The translations under genes and the position numbers were made by a program. Positions 27,935-39,462 of a DNA stretch of 64,000 nucleotides are shown here, piece by piece (position 1 is the stretch's first letter; each line of letters starts with the position of its first letter). The notes under the pieces are model-generated. The model ran no database searches. It saw only the letters and a list, made by a program, of their open reading frames with translations, and had not been told where the DNA came from. The DNA comes from Bradymonadales bacterium. GTDB taxonomy: Bacteria > Myxococcota_A > Bradymonadia > JAFGEP01. The stretch lies in NCBI GenBank assembly GCA_016931535.1, contig JAFGEP010000096.1:104091-168090 (forward strand), written 5' to 3'.

Positions 27935-28160
27935 GGCATTCTCGATATGGCCTTCTTGACCAGGTCAGGCGGCGAAGGCGGGATTGACAATTTTCTTCAA
28001 CCGCCCAAATGTAAGGGGACATCTCGTTTCCCCTCCTTTCTTGTAGGGGCAGCGGCGATTTGACGCAAGGGCCAGGGGGAGCGGAAATAGGCGAGAGGTG
28101 ATGCTCGGTTCTGGTATAGTAAGGCAGGTGCCGAGGGAGCTGATCGAGGTTCGGGTTTCC

Positions 28161-29273
28161 ATGAGTTTTCGGTTGAATGGGATCCGGTACTGGGTGCTGT
28201 TGGGGCTGGTGTTGGCCAGCCTGCAGACGGGGGTTGTGCAGGCCCAGGACGAGGAAGAGGAAGGAGAAGAGGAGGAGCTTCTACCCGAGCTCGAGATCAC
28301 GTTGCCTCGCGGTCTGGATCGGTCTCGTATGATTCCACCGGAACCCAGGGCCACGGTCCTGGATCGGTATCAGACAAACCGGATGCGTCCGCTTCGCGAC
28401 TCCGATCAGAACACCGGGGTCGGCCTTGCCCCCGGTTTCGAGAGACCCTCCGAGGCGGAGCGCCATGGGGATCGAGACGAGAGGCGGGAAAGCCGTCTGT
28501 CGGGCCTGAGGGATGGAACGCGCGCCAGCCGGCCCACCCCGACCTCTCGGCGCACATCGAGCAGCGGGAGCACACAGGTCACCCAGCGTTCGACCTCTGG
28601 ATCGAGGTCCGTTGCCACGGCTTCCGGGGGAACGACCCAGGAGGGGAGCACCAACATGCGGCGGGCACCGGGAGCCCAACGGGCACCCGGTTCCCCTGCG
28701 GAGTACGGGCGACTGATCGTGATCACCCAGTTCGATCGGGTGAGTGTGACGGTGGAGGGGCAGTCCTATCCCTATGGCTCGATGGATGGGGTGCTCCTGG
28801 TCGCAGGGGAGCAGTACGAGGTCGTGCTGGAGCCGAACACCCAGGGCGATCCGGACAGGGCGGCAACGGCATCTCAGAGTCGCCGGGTCATCTCGGTGCG
28901 ATTGCAGCCCGACGAGACGCGGGTGCTGATGGCCGATCTGAGCACGCCTTCCACAGGCCGCTCCAGTCGATCGACGGCCAGCACCCGCCGGCAGAGTGCT
29001 CGGCGAGAGACGGAGGAGAGCCGGTCGGAGGAGAGCACCGGTTATCTGGGGGTGAGCTCGAGCCCCCGGGGTATCGTCTACGTGGATGGCAACAACACCG
29101 GGCAGATGACACCGGCTCGTCGCATCGAGCTGGAACCGGGTCGCCACGAGGTACGCATCTTCTACGAAGCCGAGGACCGGTTCAGCGAGACCAAGAATGT
29201 GCTGATCCGGGCGGGGGTGAACACCAACGTCTTTTTCCGTGACCGGGGCCCGGAGGAGGCGGAGGCGGAGTAG
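28161..29273 (+). CDS. Secreted protein with a C-terminal PEGA domain
   Basis: Signal peptide, acidic EEEEGEEEE stretch, S/T/R-rich linker. C-terminal PEGA-like GYLGVSSSPRGIVYVDGNNTGQMTP...LEPGRHEVRIFYE. Confidence 0.6.
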   Translation: MSFRLNGIRYWVLLGLVLASLQTGVVQAQDEEEEGEEEELLPELEITLPRGLDRSRMIPPEPRATVLDRYQTNRMRPLRDSDQNTGVGLAPGFERPSEAERHGDRDERRESRLSGLRDGTRASRPTPTSRRTSSSGSTQVTQRSTSGSRSVATASGGTTQEGSTNMRRAPGAQRAPGSPAEYGRLIVITQFDRVSVTVEGQSYPYGSMDGVLLVAGEQYEVVLEPNTQGDPDRAATASQSRRVISVRLQPDETRVLMADLSTPSTGRSSRSTASTRRQSARRETEESRSEESTGYLGVSSSPRGIVYVDGNNTGQMTPARRIELEPGRHEVRIFYEAEDRFSETKNVLIRAGVNTNVFFRDRGPEEAEAE

Positions 29274-29501
29274 CACTGCTGAGCATCGCCATCCGCCGGG
29301 TCGGTGGCCCGCCGCCTCTTCGCCCTGCTCTGCGGGGTGGCGATCCGTCACCCGACATGGCATGCGGTGTACCAGCAAGGTCATCATGTCCAGGCGCACC
29401 CGCGCGCTCACCCACAGGCGAACCGTCAGACCCAGGCTCACAGGCAGCAATCTGACTGGGCATCGGCGACTGGTGCTCTTGGGGGAAGAGGGAATCTGGA
29501 C

Positions 29502-30767
29502 CTAGGCAAGCCGGACGGGTTTGCCTTCCAGCCTCTCCACCAGCTGGAGCGCTTCTACCAGGTTGTCCTCGATGGAGCAGTAGGTCCAGCTGCCATAACG
29601 GCCGATGGAGTAGACACCGTGTCTGGCGAGCCGTTCCTTGAGGCTGGCGACGGCTTGCTGTGACTTCGAGGTGATGTGGACATAGGCCGGGTCGAGCACC
29701 ACGTTGTGGGAGGCGATCAGCCGTTGACTCCCCACGATTCCGGCCGTCTTGAGGTCGTTCAACACGCGATCTTGCATGGTGGGGACATCCACGGCTGCGG
29801 AGGTGGGAAGTCCGATCTCGATGTAGAGGCTCATCTGCGGCGAGCCGAAGATGTTGTCGTAGAAGCCGACGCGGTAGAAGCAAAATCGAGGTTCGGGAAG
29901 GTACATCCAGTGGATCTGGGTGGGGCCCTTGGTGTCAAAGCCCAGGTTGAAGACCAGCACCTTGTTGGAAGTGAACAACCCCGGTTCGTGCTCGATACCG
30001 GTCATCTCGAGGAGTCGGTTGAAAGGAGTGGTACAGACCAGGGTGGAAAAGGCGATCTCGCGCTGGTTGGTCTGTGCCACCTTATGTTCCAGGTCGATCC
30101 GCAGCAGCGGTTCGTTCAGGGAGATCCGATCGTCCGGCAGGCGGGACTTGAGGGAATCGATGTAGGCGACGGCGCCGGATCTCGGGTAGGTGAAGGTGGT
30201 GTTGTAGGACCGGTTGTTGGGGAACTTGAAGTTGCGGATGATCTCGGCGAGGTCGGCGTGGGGGAAGAAGCGTCCCATGGCGTCGACGTCCAGCCGGTCG
30301 AGATCACAGGCGTAGAGCTTTTCGTTGTAGGGAAACAAGAACCGCCGGCAGATTCCGGAGCCGAACCGTGTCAACAACATGTCCTGGAAGCTTTCGACCG
30401 GGCGCTCCTCCCGGAAGAACAACTCGTACAGGCAATCGATGAAGTCCTCCTTGGGGAGCTGGTGGATATTCTTCTGGAAGGGAAAGTCCACCAGGGTTCC
30501 CTCGAACAGGATGCGGGCCCACTTGGTGATGGTCTGGACCTCGCCGGGGATCATCTGGCTGACCAGGTACCGCTCGAGGTGAGGATGGCGGAAATGGAAG
30601 AAGTGACCGGAGTAGTCCCAGACAAAGGGCCCTTGGCGAACCGTCTTGCAGTATCCCCCGATCTGGTCCTCTGCCTCCAAGACGAGCAGATCCTGACGGG
30701 GGGTGAAGCTGGCGTAGGCCAGGCCGGTGATGCCGGCGCCGATGACGAGGGTGTCGATAACATCCAT
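29502..30767 (-). CDS. FAD-dependent UDP-galactopyranose-mutase-family (Glf-like) protein
   Basis: N-terminal GxGxxG (LVIGAGITGLAY), IGGY, YSGHFFHF (compare Glf GAHIFHT), and a C-terminal GRYGSWTYCSIEDNL resembling the Glf GRLAEYKYYDM tail. Confidence 0.55.
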   Translation of the reverse strand: MDVIDTLVIGAGITGLAYASFTPRQDLLVLEAEDQIGGYCKTVRQGPFVWDYSGHFFHFRHPHLERYLVSQMIPGEVQTITKWARILFEGTLVDFPFQKNIHQLPKEDFIDCLYELFFREERPVESFQDMLLTRFGSGICRRFLFPYNEKLYACDLDRLDVDAMGRFFPHADLAEIIRNFKFPNNRSYNTTFTYPRSGAVAYIDSLKSRLPDDRISLNEPLLRIDLEHKVAQTNQREIAFSTLVCTTPFNRLLEMTGIEHEPGLFTSNKVLVFNLGFDTKGPTQIHWMYLPEPRFCFYRVGFYDNIFGSPQMSLYIEIGLPTSAAVDVPTMQDRVLNDLKTAGIVGSQRLIASHNVVLDPAYVHITSKSQQAVASLKERLARHGVYSIGRYGSWTYCSIEDNLVEALQLVERLEGKPVRLA

Positions 30768-31163
30768 GGGCGCGCTCAGGGTGCGAGGTGCGGTCGGACA
30801 AGAGGGTTGCGTCGCAACACCCAGCCCTGCTGGGTGGAGAGCTCCACCTCCTCAGACCGGCGACCGGAGGGCAGTAGAGGAAACACCAGGTTGTCATAGT
30901 CGGGACAGGACGCCCCAAAGGCCAGCACATCCTGGCACTCCGGAGTGTCCGGCAGCGGATCCGTTCTACCGCAGGTAACGTCCTGTGTGAACAGCTCCGT
31001 GGTATGACGGAGCCCCCCCAAAAAACCGCCTCGGGGGCGATGATCATCCCGATGCGGCCAGGGTCCTGGCGGAAGGAGGACATCTCCACCAAGCCGGCAG
31101 AATTTCTCGTTGCCTCTCACCAGATGAGACCTATAATGAGTAAATCGGCCTGGCGCTACTCTG

Positions 31164-34100
31164 TTGAATGGAATTATGACTTTACTACCCACTACCAGCA
31201 ATGGCCCCCTCCGAGCAGTACCCCCATCGGTTCAGCAAACGACCTTGGGTTTGAAAGCACCACCGCACCAGCAGGAGCTGGAGAGCCTGAGACAGCTCCG
31301 GGCGGAGGTGACAGAAGGCAAGACAGGCCGGGCAGCCATCCTGATCGGCCCCGGCGGCACAGCTGGGGCGGAGTTGCTGACCCAATGGAGGCAAGAGCTG
31401 CACCGCCAGCGGGAGCCGGTGTTCGAGGCGGACTGTTACCCTGGCGGGAGTGCCTACGCCCCTCTGGTCGAGGTGATGGCGCGTTACGTGCGGGTGGTCG
31501 AGAACCTGGGGTTGATGGACGCTGCGTTGGGTCAGCTTTACAGCCAGGTGGGCAAAGATCTGGGTGTTGTGCGGCTGGTGTCGGCCGAGCGGGGCCCTGC
31601 GGGCCCCCGGCGGGAAGGGGACGAGCTGCGGTTTTACGAGAGGCTGGGAGAGCTGTTCTCGCGATTGAGCGAGAAGGTCTCCGGCGTGATCCTGATCCGG
31701 GATCTTCACCTGGCGGATGCTGCGACGCGAGCGGCGGTCCAGTACTTGCTGCGCTTCGTGGTGACCGACCCCTTTTCCGGGGTCTCCCAAGCCCCATCGG
31801 GGTCGGTCTCTTTCGTGGGGCTATTTGCGGTATCGCTGGCGGAAGGGGAACCGTTGCTGGCCAACCTGCGAGAGCACCTCGATGGGCGACAGGGGGTTCG
31901 GTTCATCGACCTGACCGATGCCACCGAGGAGTCGGTGCGGCGGTTTTTGAGCAGTCCGGAGGTGATCCAGCGGTTTCTGGATTCGACGGGTGGAGATGCG
32001 ATCCACTTGGAGTCGCTGGTAGAGTCGCTTCCCCACAACGTCGAGGATCTGTACCTGCGGCGCTGCGAGCAGCTTTCCTCGCAGGAGAGGGAGGTGCTGG
32101 AGGGTCTTGCGGTCTGTGGCAAGCCCATTGCGCCCGACCTGTTGCTGCTGCTTTTGGGGCTGGAGTCCTGTGCGGTCATCCTGAACGACCTCATCCAGAA
32201 GCGGGTGATCGTGCGCCGGGTGCAACGGGGGCAGCTATTGATCGATCTGCCCTCGCAGGGGAATCGGCAGGTGATCTACCACCGGCTCGATCCAGCCAGG
32301 CGTGCTCGGCTGCACGGTCGGTACGCCGGGATACTCAGGCAGAGGGCCCGATTTGGTGATTCGCCGGATGTGGCGGAGCTGGCTCGTCACTACCTGAGGG
32401 GCGAGCATCCCCAGGAGGCGATCGAGACCTCTCTGCTGGCGGCTGAGCGGCTTCACATGACCTTTGCTTACGAGCAGGCGATCGAACTGCTGGAGGCCGC
32501 CTTGCCGTTGACGGCTGGGGGGAAGGACCGCCAGGCGGTGCTGGAACGGCTGGTCGACCTGTACGGCTGCCGGCACGAGCATCGACGGGCGTTGTACTAC
32601 TGCGGACTGCTGAAGAAAGAGGTGAGGCCCACCGACCGGGGGGTGCTTTTTCGGCGGACGGCCGAGTTCTTGCTCCAACTGGGCAGCTACCGGAGCGCCC
32701 TGCGCTTGTTGGAAAAGGCGGAGCAGGCGTTCGAATCGACAGGGGATGCGGCCGATCGTCAAGAGGAGCGCATCCGGATCGCTGCCATCGCTGCCGAGGC
32801 CCTCTATGGGCTGGGGCAGCACGACCGGGTGGTCCGGGAGTGCCAGGCGGGTTTGGGCCGGGTCCTCGGTTCGACTCAGGCCGAGGTGTTGCGCCAGGCG
32901 ATCCGGCTGAACAACACACTGGGCAAGGTGTACCTCCAGCAGGAAGAGTATGACAGGGCCATCGCGGTCTTTCGCCAGAATCTGGAGCAAGCCCAGGAGC
33001 AGGGGTGGTCGGAGGAGGCGGTCCGGGCCCGCTTCAACCTGGGTACCGTGGCGCTTTCCCAGCGGGACTATGAACGGGCGGAGGAGCTCCTGTCGTCCTG
33101 CCTGGTTTCCGACGAGGGCGAGGTCAGCCCGGTTATCCGTGCCTTCATCCAGATGAACCTGGCGGTGGCTTATCACAAGACCAACCGTTACGCCCGGGCC
33201 CTTGATTCCTACCTGCTCAGCCTGTCCACCTTCTCCCGGTCGGGCAACGAGCTGCAGTACGCGGTGGCGGCCATGAACCTGGGGGCGCTGTACGAGCTTC
33301 TAGGAGATCTGGGACGGGCGCGCGAGCTGGTAGGGCACAGCTTGAAGATCATGCAAGCACGGGGCATGCGCTACTACGAAGGCTGGGCCAGCTACGTGCT
33401 GGGAAGCATCGCGCTGGAGGAGGGACAGCTCGGGGAGGCCCGGGCATGTCTGGCGCATGCTCTACAGGTCATGTCCCAACAGGGTTCGGAGACCTGGGTG
33501 CAGCGCATCCAGGTGCGCCTATGTCGGCTGGATCTCCAGGCCGGCGAGGTCGCCGGTTGCCGGGCTCGGCTATCGGCTCTGGTACAGGCCGGTACGACCC
33601 GGGAAGAGCGCGAGATCGAGGCGGAGGCCCATCAAAGTCTGGGACAGGCCCTGATCGCTTCCGGCCAGACCGAAGCCGGGCTTTCGGAGCTGATGAGGGC
33701 CCGCAATCTGGCCGAAGAGGTCGAGGCCCAGGACCGGCTATGGCGGATCGATCTCCGTCTGGCGGAGCAGTACCAGCGCGACGGCCGGTCCGGTGAGGCG
33801 ATCGCCAGGCTGCAGGCTGCCGCCTCCCTGATCCACAAGGTGGCGGAGCAGCTGCCGCCCGGCGTCGAGTCGGTGTTTCTGGGTACCCCAGAGCGACAGC
33901 GGGTGTTTCAGCTATTGGAGGAGATCCGATCCAGCCGGCATCGGCCGGCGCCGATCACCAAGCAGATGGCGCTGCCGCAGGGTCGTGACTTTGCGGTCTG
34001 GCGTAAGCGTTATGGCCGGATGGTCGGGGACGACCGCAAGCTGCTGCAGATTTTCCGGATGATCGACCGGATCGCCGATAGCGGCTCCACGGTCTTGATC

Positions 34101-35165
34101 CAGGGGGAGAGCGGCACCGGTAAGGAGCTGATCGCAGAGGCGATCCACAACAACAGCTCCCGACGGGACCAGCCGTTCGTGAAGGTCAACTGCGCAGCCT
34201 TCGTGGAGACGTTGCTGCTCTCCGAGCTGTTCGGCCATGAAAAGGGCGCCTTCACCGGTGCCCTGAGCCGCAAGAAGGGCCGATTCGAGCTGGCCGATGG
34301 CGGCACCCTGTTTCTGGACGAGATCGGGGATATCTCGCAAAACACCCAGATCGCCCTGCTGCGCGTCCTGCAAGAGCGGACCTTCGAGCGGGTAGGAGGG
34401 GGCGAGCCGATCGCGGTGAATGTCCGGGTCATCGTGGCTACCAATCAGGCGATCGAGGAGATGGTCAAGCGGGGGGAGTTCCGGCTGGATCTGTACTACC
34501 GGCTCAAAGGTGTGATCGTCGAGCTCCCCCCCTTGCGATCCCGGCGCGGAGATATCGCGCCGTTGCTGAACCATTTCACCGCGCTTTGCCAGCCGGCGGG
34601 CCAGGGCAAGCGTTTTTCCTTCGAGGCCTTGGAGTACCTGACCCGCTACAGCTGGCCGGGCAACGTTCGCGAGCTGGAGAACTTTGCCCGAAGCATCTCG
34701 CTGTTTGTGGATGAGCCGGTCATCGACCTGCATCACATCCTGCAGTTCGAGGAGTTCTTCGATGACGGGGAGAGGATCGAGGAGCTGCCCGAGGATCTCC
34801 TGGCGGGGCTGCGGGAAGCGAGCCGATCACCAGAGGGATGCCGGATGGAGCAGGTCTGGTCCGCACAGCCATCGGAGCCGCCCCACCCCGACGAACCGGT
34901 GCCGATCGGAGCACAGGACGGCGGTTCGGTGGGCAGCGCGATGATGGTCTGGGCCAGAAACGAGGGGTTGGGCCTGCCCGAGCTGCGGCGGTGGATCGAG
35001 CTGGAGTACATCAAGCGGGCTCTGGCGGAGACGGGAGGGAATGTCACCCAGGCGGCGAAGCTTCTGGATATGAAGCGACCGCGGTTGAGTCAGATCATCA
35101 ACGGGACAGCCGAGCTGTCCGAGCTCAGGGACAAGCTGACCTCAACCGGGGAGGAAGGCACATGA
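31164..35165 (+). CDS. Giant sigma-54-dependent transcriptional activator with a degenerate NTPase-like/TPR N-terminal region and a Fis-type HTH
   Basis: Sigma-54 AAA+ core [15 protein letters not shown]...[13 protein letters not shown]...[10 protein letters not shown]...GNVRELEN. C-terminal [22 protein letters not shown]. The N-terminal 900 aa has a P-loop-like [15 protein letters not shown] that lacks the Walker Lys, plus many TPR-like repeats. Confidence 0.8.
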   Translation: MNGIMTLLPTTSNGPLRAVPPSVQQTTLGLKAPPHQQELESLRQLRAEVTEGKTGRAAILIGPGGTAGAELLTQWRQELHRQREPVFEADCYPGGSAYAPLVEVMARYVRVVENLGLMDAALGQLYSQVGKDLGVVRLVSAERGPAGPRREGDELRFYERLGELFSRLSEKVSGVILIRDLHLADAATRAAVQYLLRFVVTDPFSGVSQAPSGSVSFVGLFAVSLAEGEPLLANLREHLDGRQGVRFIDLTDATEESVRRFLSSPEVIQRFLDSTGGDAIHLESLVESLPHNVEDLYLRRCEQLSSQEREVLEGLAVCGKPIAPDLLLLLLGLESCAVILNDLIQKRVIVRRVQRGQLLIDLPSQGNRQVIYHRLDPARRARLHGRYAGILRQRARFGDSPDVAELARHYLRGEHPQEAIETSLLAAERLHMTFAYEQAIELLEAALPLTAGGKDRQAVLERLVDLYGCRHEHRRALYYCGLLKKEVRPTDRGVLFRRTAEFLLQLGSYRSALRLLEKAEQAFESTGDAADRQEERIRIAAIAAEALYGLGQHDRVVRECQAGLGRVLGSTQAEVLRQAIRLNNTLGKVYLQQEEYDRAIAVFRQNLEQAQEQGWSEEAVRARFNLGTVALSQRDYERAEELLSSCLVSDEGEVSPVIRAFIQMNLAVAYHKTNRYARALDSYLLSLSTFSRSGNELQYAVAAMNLGALYELLGDLGRARELVGHSLKIMQARGMRYYEGWASYVLGSIALEEGQLGEARACLAHALQVMSQQGSETWVQRIQVRLCRLDLQAGEVAGCRARLSALVQAGTTREEREIEAEAHQSLGQALIASGQTEAGLSELMRARNLAEEVEAQDRLWRIDLRLAEQYQRDGRSGEAIARLQAAASLIHKVAEQLPPGVESVFLGTPERQRVFQLLEEIRSSRHRPAPITKQMALPQGRDFAVWRKRYGRMVGDDRKLLQIFRMIDRIADSGSTVLIQGESGTGKELIAEAIHNNSSRRDQPFVKVNCAAFVETLLLSELFGHEKGAFTGALSRKKGRFELADGGTLFLDEIGDISQNTQIALLRVLQERTFERVGGGEPIAVNVRVIVATNQAIEEMVKRGEFRLDLYYRLKGVIVELPPLRSRRGDIAPLLNHFTALCQPAGQGKRFSFEALEYLTRYSWPGNVRELENFARSISLFVDEPVIDLHHILQFEEFFDDGERIEELPEDLLAGLREASRSPEGCRMEQVWSAQPSEPPHPDEPVPIGAQDGGSVGSAMMVWARNEGLGLPELRRWIELEYIKRALAETGGNVTQAAKLLDMKRPRLSQIINGTAELSELRDKLTSTGEEGT

Positions 35166-36052
35166 AAACGGTCATCACAACCTTCATCCCGATTTTGTTG
35201 CTGCTGGGCACCTTGTCGGGGTGCGCCCTGCTACAGGACGACCCCGCCGGCAGCCAGGAGGCGCCGGGCAACATTCCCCTGGGGGAGCAGACGGTCGCGC
35301 TGCAATCCGTGTTCGTGCTGGCCGAGCTGGACAGACTTCCCCCCGAGGTGCACCTCGAGGATCTGTACCTGGGGGTGGGAGCGATCTTCTTCGAGCCCAC
35401 CGATGGAAGCGATGCCGGTTTTGCCTATGCCAACCGTGACCCGTTCGCGCTGCACTTCCAGATCGACCAGGGAGAGATCCGGGCCGTTGCCCCGACGATC
35501 ATCCTTCCGGAGGGAGGAGAGTTCCAGATCTCGGTCCAGCTGGAGCCGCAACGCCTGCTGGCGCAACATCCCGGATCCGCGCTCTACTCGGCTCCCGAGG
35601 AGACCGACGAGGTTTCGCTGGTCTTGACCGGCACCTACGAGAAACCCGGACGACTGCCCAAGGATCCCCTGGTGGCCACTGAGCCGGCCCCGCTCCCATG
35701 GCGTCCGCAGCCCAACGAATCGCGGGACCTGCAAAGCGAGAGCAAGTCGGCCGAACCGGAGGAGATCCCCTTCATCTACGTCAGTGACCGCAGCGTCCGT
35801 TTTGTGCTGGGCGAGGTAGACCTGGAGAGCGGCAGTGCGGTCGAGCTGGTGATGCAGGTTCCGTTCGGGCTCTGGGTCGAGGAGAACCTGTCTCCGGCAC
35901 TCGACCGGGCCCTGGATTCCGGGTCGCCCGAGGAACGGGTAAGCGGCGATCTCAACAGCGAGATCGATCTGGATCTGTCCCGATGGCTGGAGGGACCTGA
36001 CGACGACGGACTCGACGGCCTGATCGGTGGTATCCAGGTGATCATCCGGTAG
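35162..36052 (+). CDS. Hypothetical lipoprotein, translationally coupled to the sigma-54 activator
   Basis: The ATG overlaps the upstream stop (ATGA). Lipobox LLLLGTLSGC. Confidence 0.6.
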   Translation: MKTVITTFIPILLLLGTLSGCALLQDDPAGSQEAPGNIPLGEQTVALQSVFVLAELDRLPPEVHLEDLYLGVGAIFFEPTDGSDAGFAYANRDPFALHFQIDQGEIRAVAPTIILPEGGEFQISVQLEPQRLLAQHPGSALYSAPEETDEVSLVLTGTYEKPGRLPKDPLVATEPAPLPWRPQPNESRDLQSESKSAEPEEIPFIYVSDRSVRFVLGEVDLESGSAVELVMQVPFGLWVEENLSPALDRALDSGSPEERVSGDLNSEIDLDLSRWLEGPDDDGLDGLIGGIQVIIR

Positions 36053-36265
36053 CGCACGGTTGGTTCAAGCTGCCACCTTCGGGTGGTGCGACATCCCTTG
36101 GCCCCTCGATGGGGCTGATCGAGGCCACCGAGGGCCGGTTCACCACAGGACAAGTTTCCAGGCGCACCGCCGCGGGTGACGTTTGCCAGGGAGCGCGAAC
36201 CCCGTCGGGCTGGTCGTCGATCTGGGTGCTCCTCTTGCCTGCCGGGGATGCTGGACGTATGTTAG

Positions 36266-36670
36266 AGACGGTTCAGGTCGGTCGCGCGGTCGCCGGTCCT
36301 TCAGGGGATCGGAGGAAAGTCCGGGCTCCACAGGGCAGGGTGGTCGCTAACGGCGACCAGGGGCAACCTTCGGGACAGTGCCACAGAGAGCAGACGGCCG
36401 CCCGGTTTCGTGAGAAACGGCGGTCACGGTGAAAGGGTGCGGTAAGAGCGCACCGGCGTGCCGGTGACGGTACGCGCAAGGCAAACCCCACCCGGAGCAA
36501 GGCAAAGCAGAGAGGTCGGCCAGAGCGCCGAGGGGGTGGCCCGCTCCCCGTCTCTCGGGTATGCCGCTTGAGGCACCTGGCAACGGGTGCCCTAGAGGAA
36601 TGATCGCGGCGGATCGTCCGTCATTGGCCGATCCGTACAGAACCCGGCTTACAGACCGGCCTGGACCTCC
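36266..36670 (+). ncRNA. rnpB: RNase P RNA, bacterial type A
   Basis: Universally conserved blocks GGAGGAAAGTCCGGGCTCCACAGGGCAGGGTG, GTGAAAGGGTGCGGTAAGAGCGCACCG, CACCCGGAGCAAGGC and ACAGAACCCGGCTTA. A 14-bp P1 helix pairs 5' GGTTCAGGTCGGTC with 3' GACCGGCCTGGACC. The ends are good to about 10 nt. Confidence 0.92.
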
Positions 36671-36711
36671 ATCCCGGACCCTATGGGTTGACTCGGAGAT
36701 GAAAAGGCCCC

Positions 36712-37335
36712 ATGTCAGCACGCTATAGGCCACCACTGTTGCTGTTTTCCTCGCCGGTGGAGCTGTCCGCCTGCTGCGATGCCCTGAAGGAGAAATGTAG
36801 CCTGCCATTTTCGGCGGAGCGGATCGGGGTTGGCCCCCGCAACGCTCGCCACAGCACGGCCCAGCTCCTGGACACCATCGATCCGCCGAGCCTGGTGTTG
36901 GCGGTGGGAGGGGCGACCTGGCTGTTACCTGGGAAGATCCCCGCTGTTTCGATCTGGGCCCGCGAGATCAAGCGGATCGGACAGGTGACCATCCGGCCCG
37001 AGATCAACCTGAGCTCGCAGTCACTTCAGCAGTTCGCAATGTACTCGGCTCGCCTGGTCACCGTCTCCAGGCCGGTGGTCAACCGCGAGAGCGGGGCCGA
37101 TATCGCCAACGAGGTGGAAGCGGAGATGGCGGACATGGAGTCCCACTCCATCCTCTCCGAATGTGTGCGCCGCGAGGTGTCCTGTGCCGCGATCCGGGCG
37201 GTGGTGAATCGAGCAGGGGAAAACCTGTCCGAACGCTACCGGGAAGCCACCGTGTCCGCGATGAACCTCTTGGGACAATCCCTGGTCGCGATCCTGCGAT
37301 GGCACGACGCCAAAGAGATGCGCCGACTTCGCTGA
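36712..37335 (+). CDS. Phosphorylase-family-1 nucleosidase-like protein (MTA/SAH nucleosidase / futalosine-hydrolase-like)
   Basis: PNP_UDP_1-like layout: PLLLFSSPVELSAC near the N-terminus, VLAVGGATWL (GxAGG-like), C-terminal ADMESHSILSECVRREVSCAAIRAVVNRAGEN. Starts 41 nt after rnpB with an AAAGG RBS. Confidence 0.5.
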   Translation: MSARYRPPLLLFSSPVELSACCDALKEKCSLPFSAERIGVGPRNARHSTAQLLDTIDPPSLVLAVGGATWLLPGKIPAVSIWAREIKRIGQVTIRPEINLSSQSLQQFAMYSARLVTVSRPVVNRESGADIANEVEAEMADMESHSILSECVRREVSCAAIRAVVNRAGENLSERYREATVSAMNLLGQSLVAILRWHDAKEMRRLR

Positions 37336-38363
37336 TGCCGTCCGGGAGCCAGAGAACAGTGACCGACTCGACTCTTTCTGCCTGCTCGGTGGTCATCCCC
37401 ACCTACAACCGCCTCGACCGAGTGTGCCAGGCGGTAACAAGCGTGCTTCTGGGGCGACTGCCAGCCGCCGAGGTCCTGGTGATCGACGACGGAAGCCAGG
37501 ACGGTACCGCCCAGGTGTTGGCCACAAGGGGAGCTCCGGTCCGGGTGATCCGCCTGGAGCGAAATGGGGGGGTGGCCCGAGCCCGGAACCTGGGGATCAG
37601 GCTGGCGGTCCATCCCTGGATCGCGCTTTTGGACTCGGATGACCGCTGGTTGGAGGAGCACCTGGAATGCCTGGTGAAGCACCTGGCCGCCTGCCCCGAC
37701 CGGCGGGTAGTGCAATGTCGAGAGCGCTGGTTTCGGCGCGGAGCTCGCGTGGCAGCCAGGAAGCACCAGCAGCCCAGATCGGGGGATCTGTACCTGCCCT
37801 CCCTCGAGCTTTGCCTGGTCTCCTCCTCGGCCGCGCTGGTCCACAGGGACCTGTTCTTCGAGGTGGGTCTCTACGACGAGCGGCTCCCGGTGTGCGAGGA
37901 CTACGACCTCTGGTTGCGGATGGCCACAAAGACCTCCTTTGGACTGGTCGATCGCGAGACGGTGGTCAAGGACGGTCCCCGAGAGGACCAGCTCTCCCGG
38001 CGCTTCTGGGGGATGGACCGATTTCGGGTCTTTGCCCTGGTCAAGCTGTTGAGCAGCCACCTCCCGGAGCGGTGGGCCCCGCAGACCCGCCAGGTGGCGT
38101 TGCGCAAGCTGGAGGTGCTGGCCGGCGGAGCCGCAAAGCGGGATAACCCACTGGCGGTCAAGGCCTATCACCGGTGGATGGAGGCCATCCGGCAAGGCGA
38201 GGGGGGCTGCCACGGTGATCCGGACGGGAACACGACCCGGCTGCCTGCACTGCTAGAGAACGCGGGGTTCACGTGGGAGGAGCGGGCATCGGATCCGATC
38301 CTCTCGGCACTGCTGGAACCACAACCGGAGCCGGTTTGGTCGGTGGTGGCGGAATCTCGGTGA
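37334..38363 (+). CDS. Family 2 glycosyltransferase
   Basis: GT-A fold motifs SVVIPTYNRLD, VIDDGSQDGT and the DxD LLDSDD. Start overlaps the upstream stop (TGATG). Confidence 0.8.
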
Positions 38364-39370
38364 AGGAGCATCCTGTGCAACATGGCGAACAAAACGGTGG
38401 TCCGACAGGTCGGATTACCTGCCTGCCTTTACATTCGGTCGCCATCGAGGACCAACGCTACCGGATCAGCAAGGGCGGGGCGGCCGACAGCCTGCGGGAG
38501 AGTATCGGGAGATGGGGCTGTCTGACCCCTCCCGTCTGCCACCAGACCGACGGCAGTCTGGTGCCGGTTACCGGCTTCCGGCGGCTTCAGGTTTGCCGGG
38601 AGCTGTTGGGGCCGGAGGGCACGGTCGAGGTGCGGGTGATGGACTCGTCCACCCCTCCGGTCGACCTGCTCTCCCTGGCGGTCTGGGATACCCGGAGGGA
38701 TGGGGCGGTCAATCCGTTTCTGGTGTGCCGGACGGTGCGCCGGGCCCTCGATCTGGGGCTGGAGAGGGAGCTCATCAAGGGGCGTCTCCTGGTCGATCTG
38801 GGGCAAGAGCCCGAGGACTCGGTGATGGACCGGCACCTGAGCCTGGAGCGGATCTGTGGACCTCTGGCCGAGGCGCTGGAGAGCCGTGGAGTCTCCTTGC
38901 GCCGTGCGCTGCGGTGGGTATCCGTGGGTGACAAGGCGGGTGAGCTGCTGGCCTGGCTGGCCGAGTCGTTTCGGCTGAATGGGCGGGCGCTGCAGGAGTG
39001 GGGCGGGATGCTGGACCAGGTGGCGCGACGGGACGGGATGAGCTGGCAACAGGTGGCTGAGAGGGCGGAGCTTGTCGCGCTGGCCACAGAGCAGGATCGC
39101 CAGCTGGACCAGCGGGCACAGGCGGCATTCGGCCGCCTGTGGGCGCTGCGCTACCCGACCTGGCAGGCGGCCAAGGTGGAAGCGGAGCAGCGGGTGAAGC
39201 GGCTGGGATTGCCCGAGCGGGTGGAGGTGAGCTGGGACGAGCGGTTCGAGGAGGAGGGCTTCACCCTGTCGATCGCGGTGCGGCAACCGGAGCAGCTCCA
39301 GGCGGACCTCGAGTCGCTCCTGGAACCGGAGCGCCTGGACCGTATCGCCAAGCTGCTGGAGGCGCTGTAG
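38360..39370 (+). CDS. ParB/sulfiredoxin-like nuclease-domain protein
   Basis: N-terminal ParB-like block SVAIEDQRYRISKGG...LTPPVCHQTDGSLVPVTGFRRLQVCREL (GxRR motif). Alpha-helical C-terminal half. GTG start overlaps the GT2 stop (GTGA). Confidence 0.55.
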   Translation: MKEHPVQHGEQNGGPTGRITCLPLHSVAIEDQRYRISKGGAADSLRESIGRWGCLTPPVCHQTDGSLVPVTGFRRLQVCRELLGPEGTVEVRVMDSSTPPVDLLSLAVWDTRRDGAVNPFLVCRTVRRALDLGLERELIKGRLLVDLGQEPEDSVMDRHLSLERICGPLAEALESRGVSLRRALRWVSVGDKAGELLAWLAESFRLNGRALQEWGGMLDQVARRDGMSWQQVAERAELVALATEQDRQLDQRAQAAFGRLWALRYPTWQAAKVEAEQRVKRLGLPERVEVSWDERFEEEGFTLSIAVRQPEQLQADLESLLEPERLDRIAKLLEAL

Positions 39371-39462
39371 CCGGTCCGGGTACATGGACGGCAAGGACCA
39401 TTGCGGCGAACCGGTCCGGTTATAGGAGAGATCGGCAGCCCGATCAGGAAAGGTAGGTTTCG

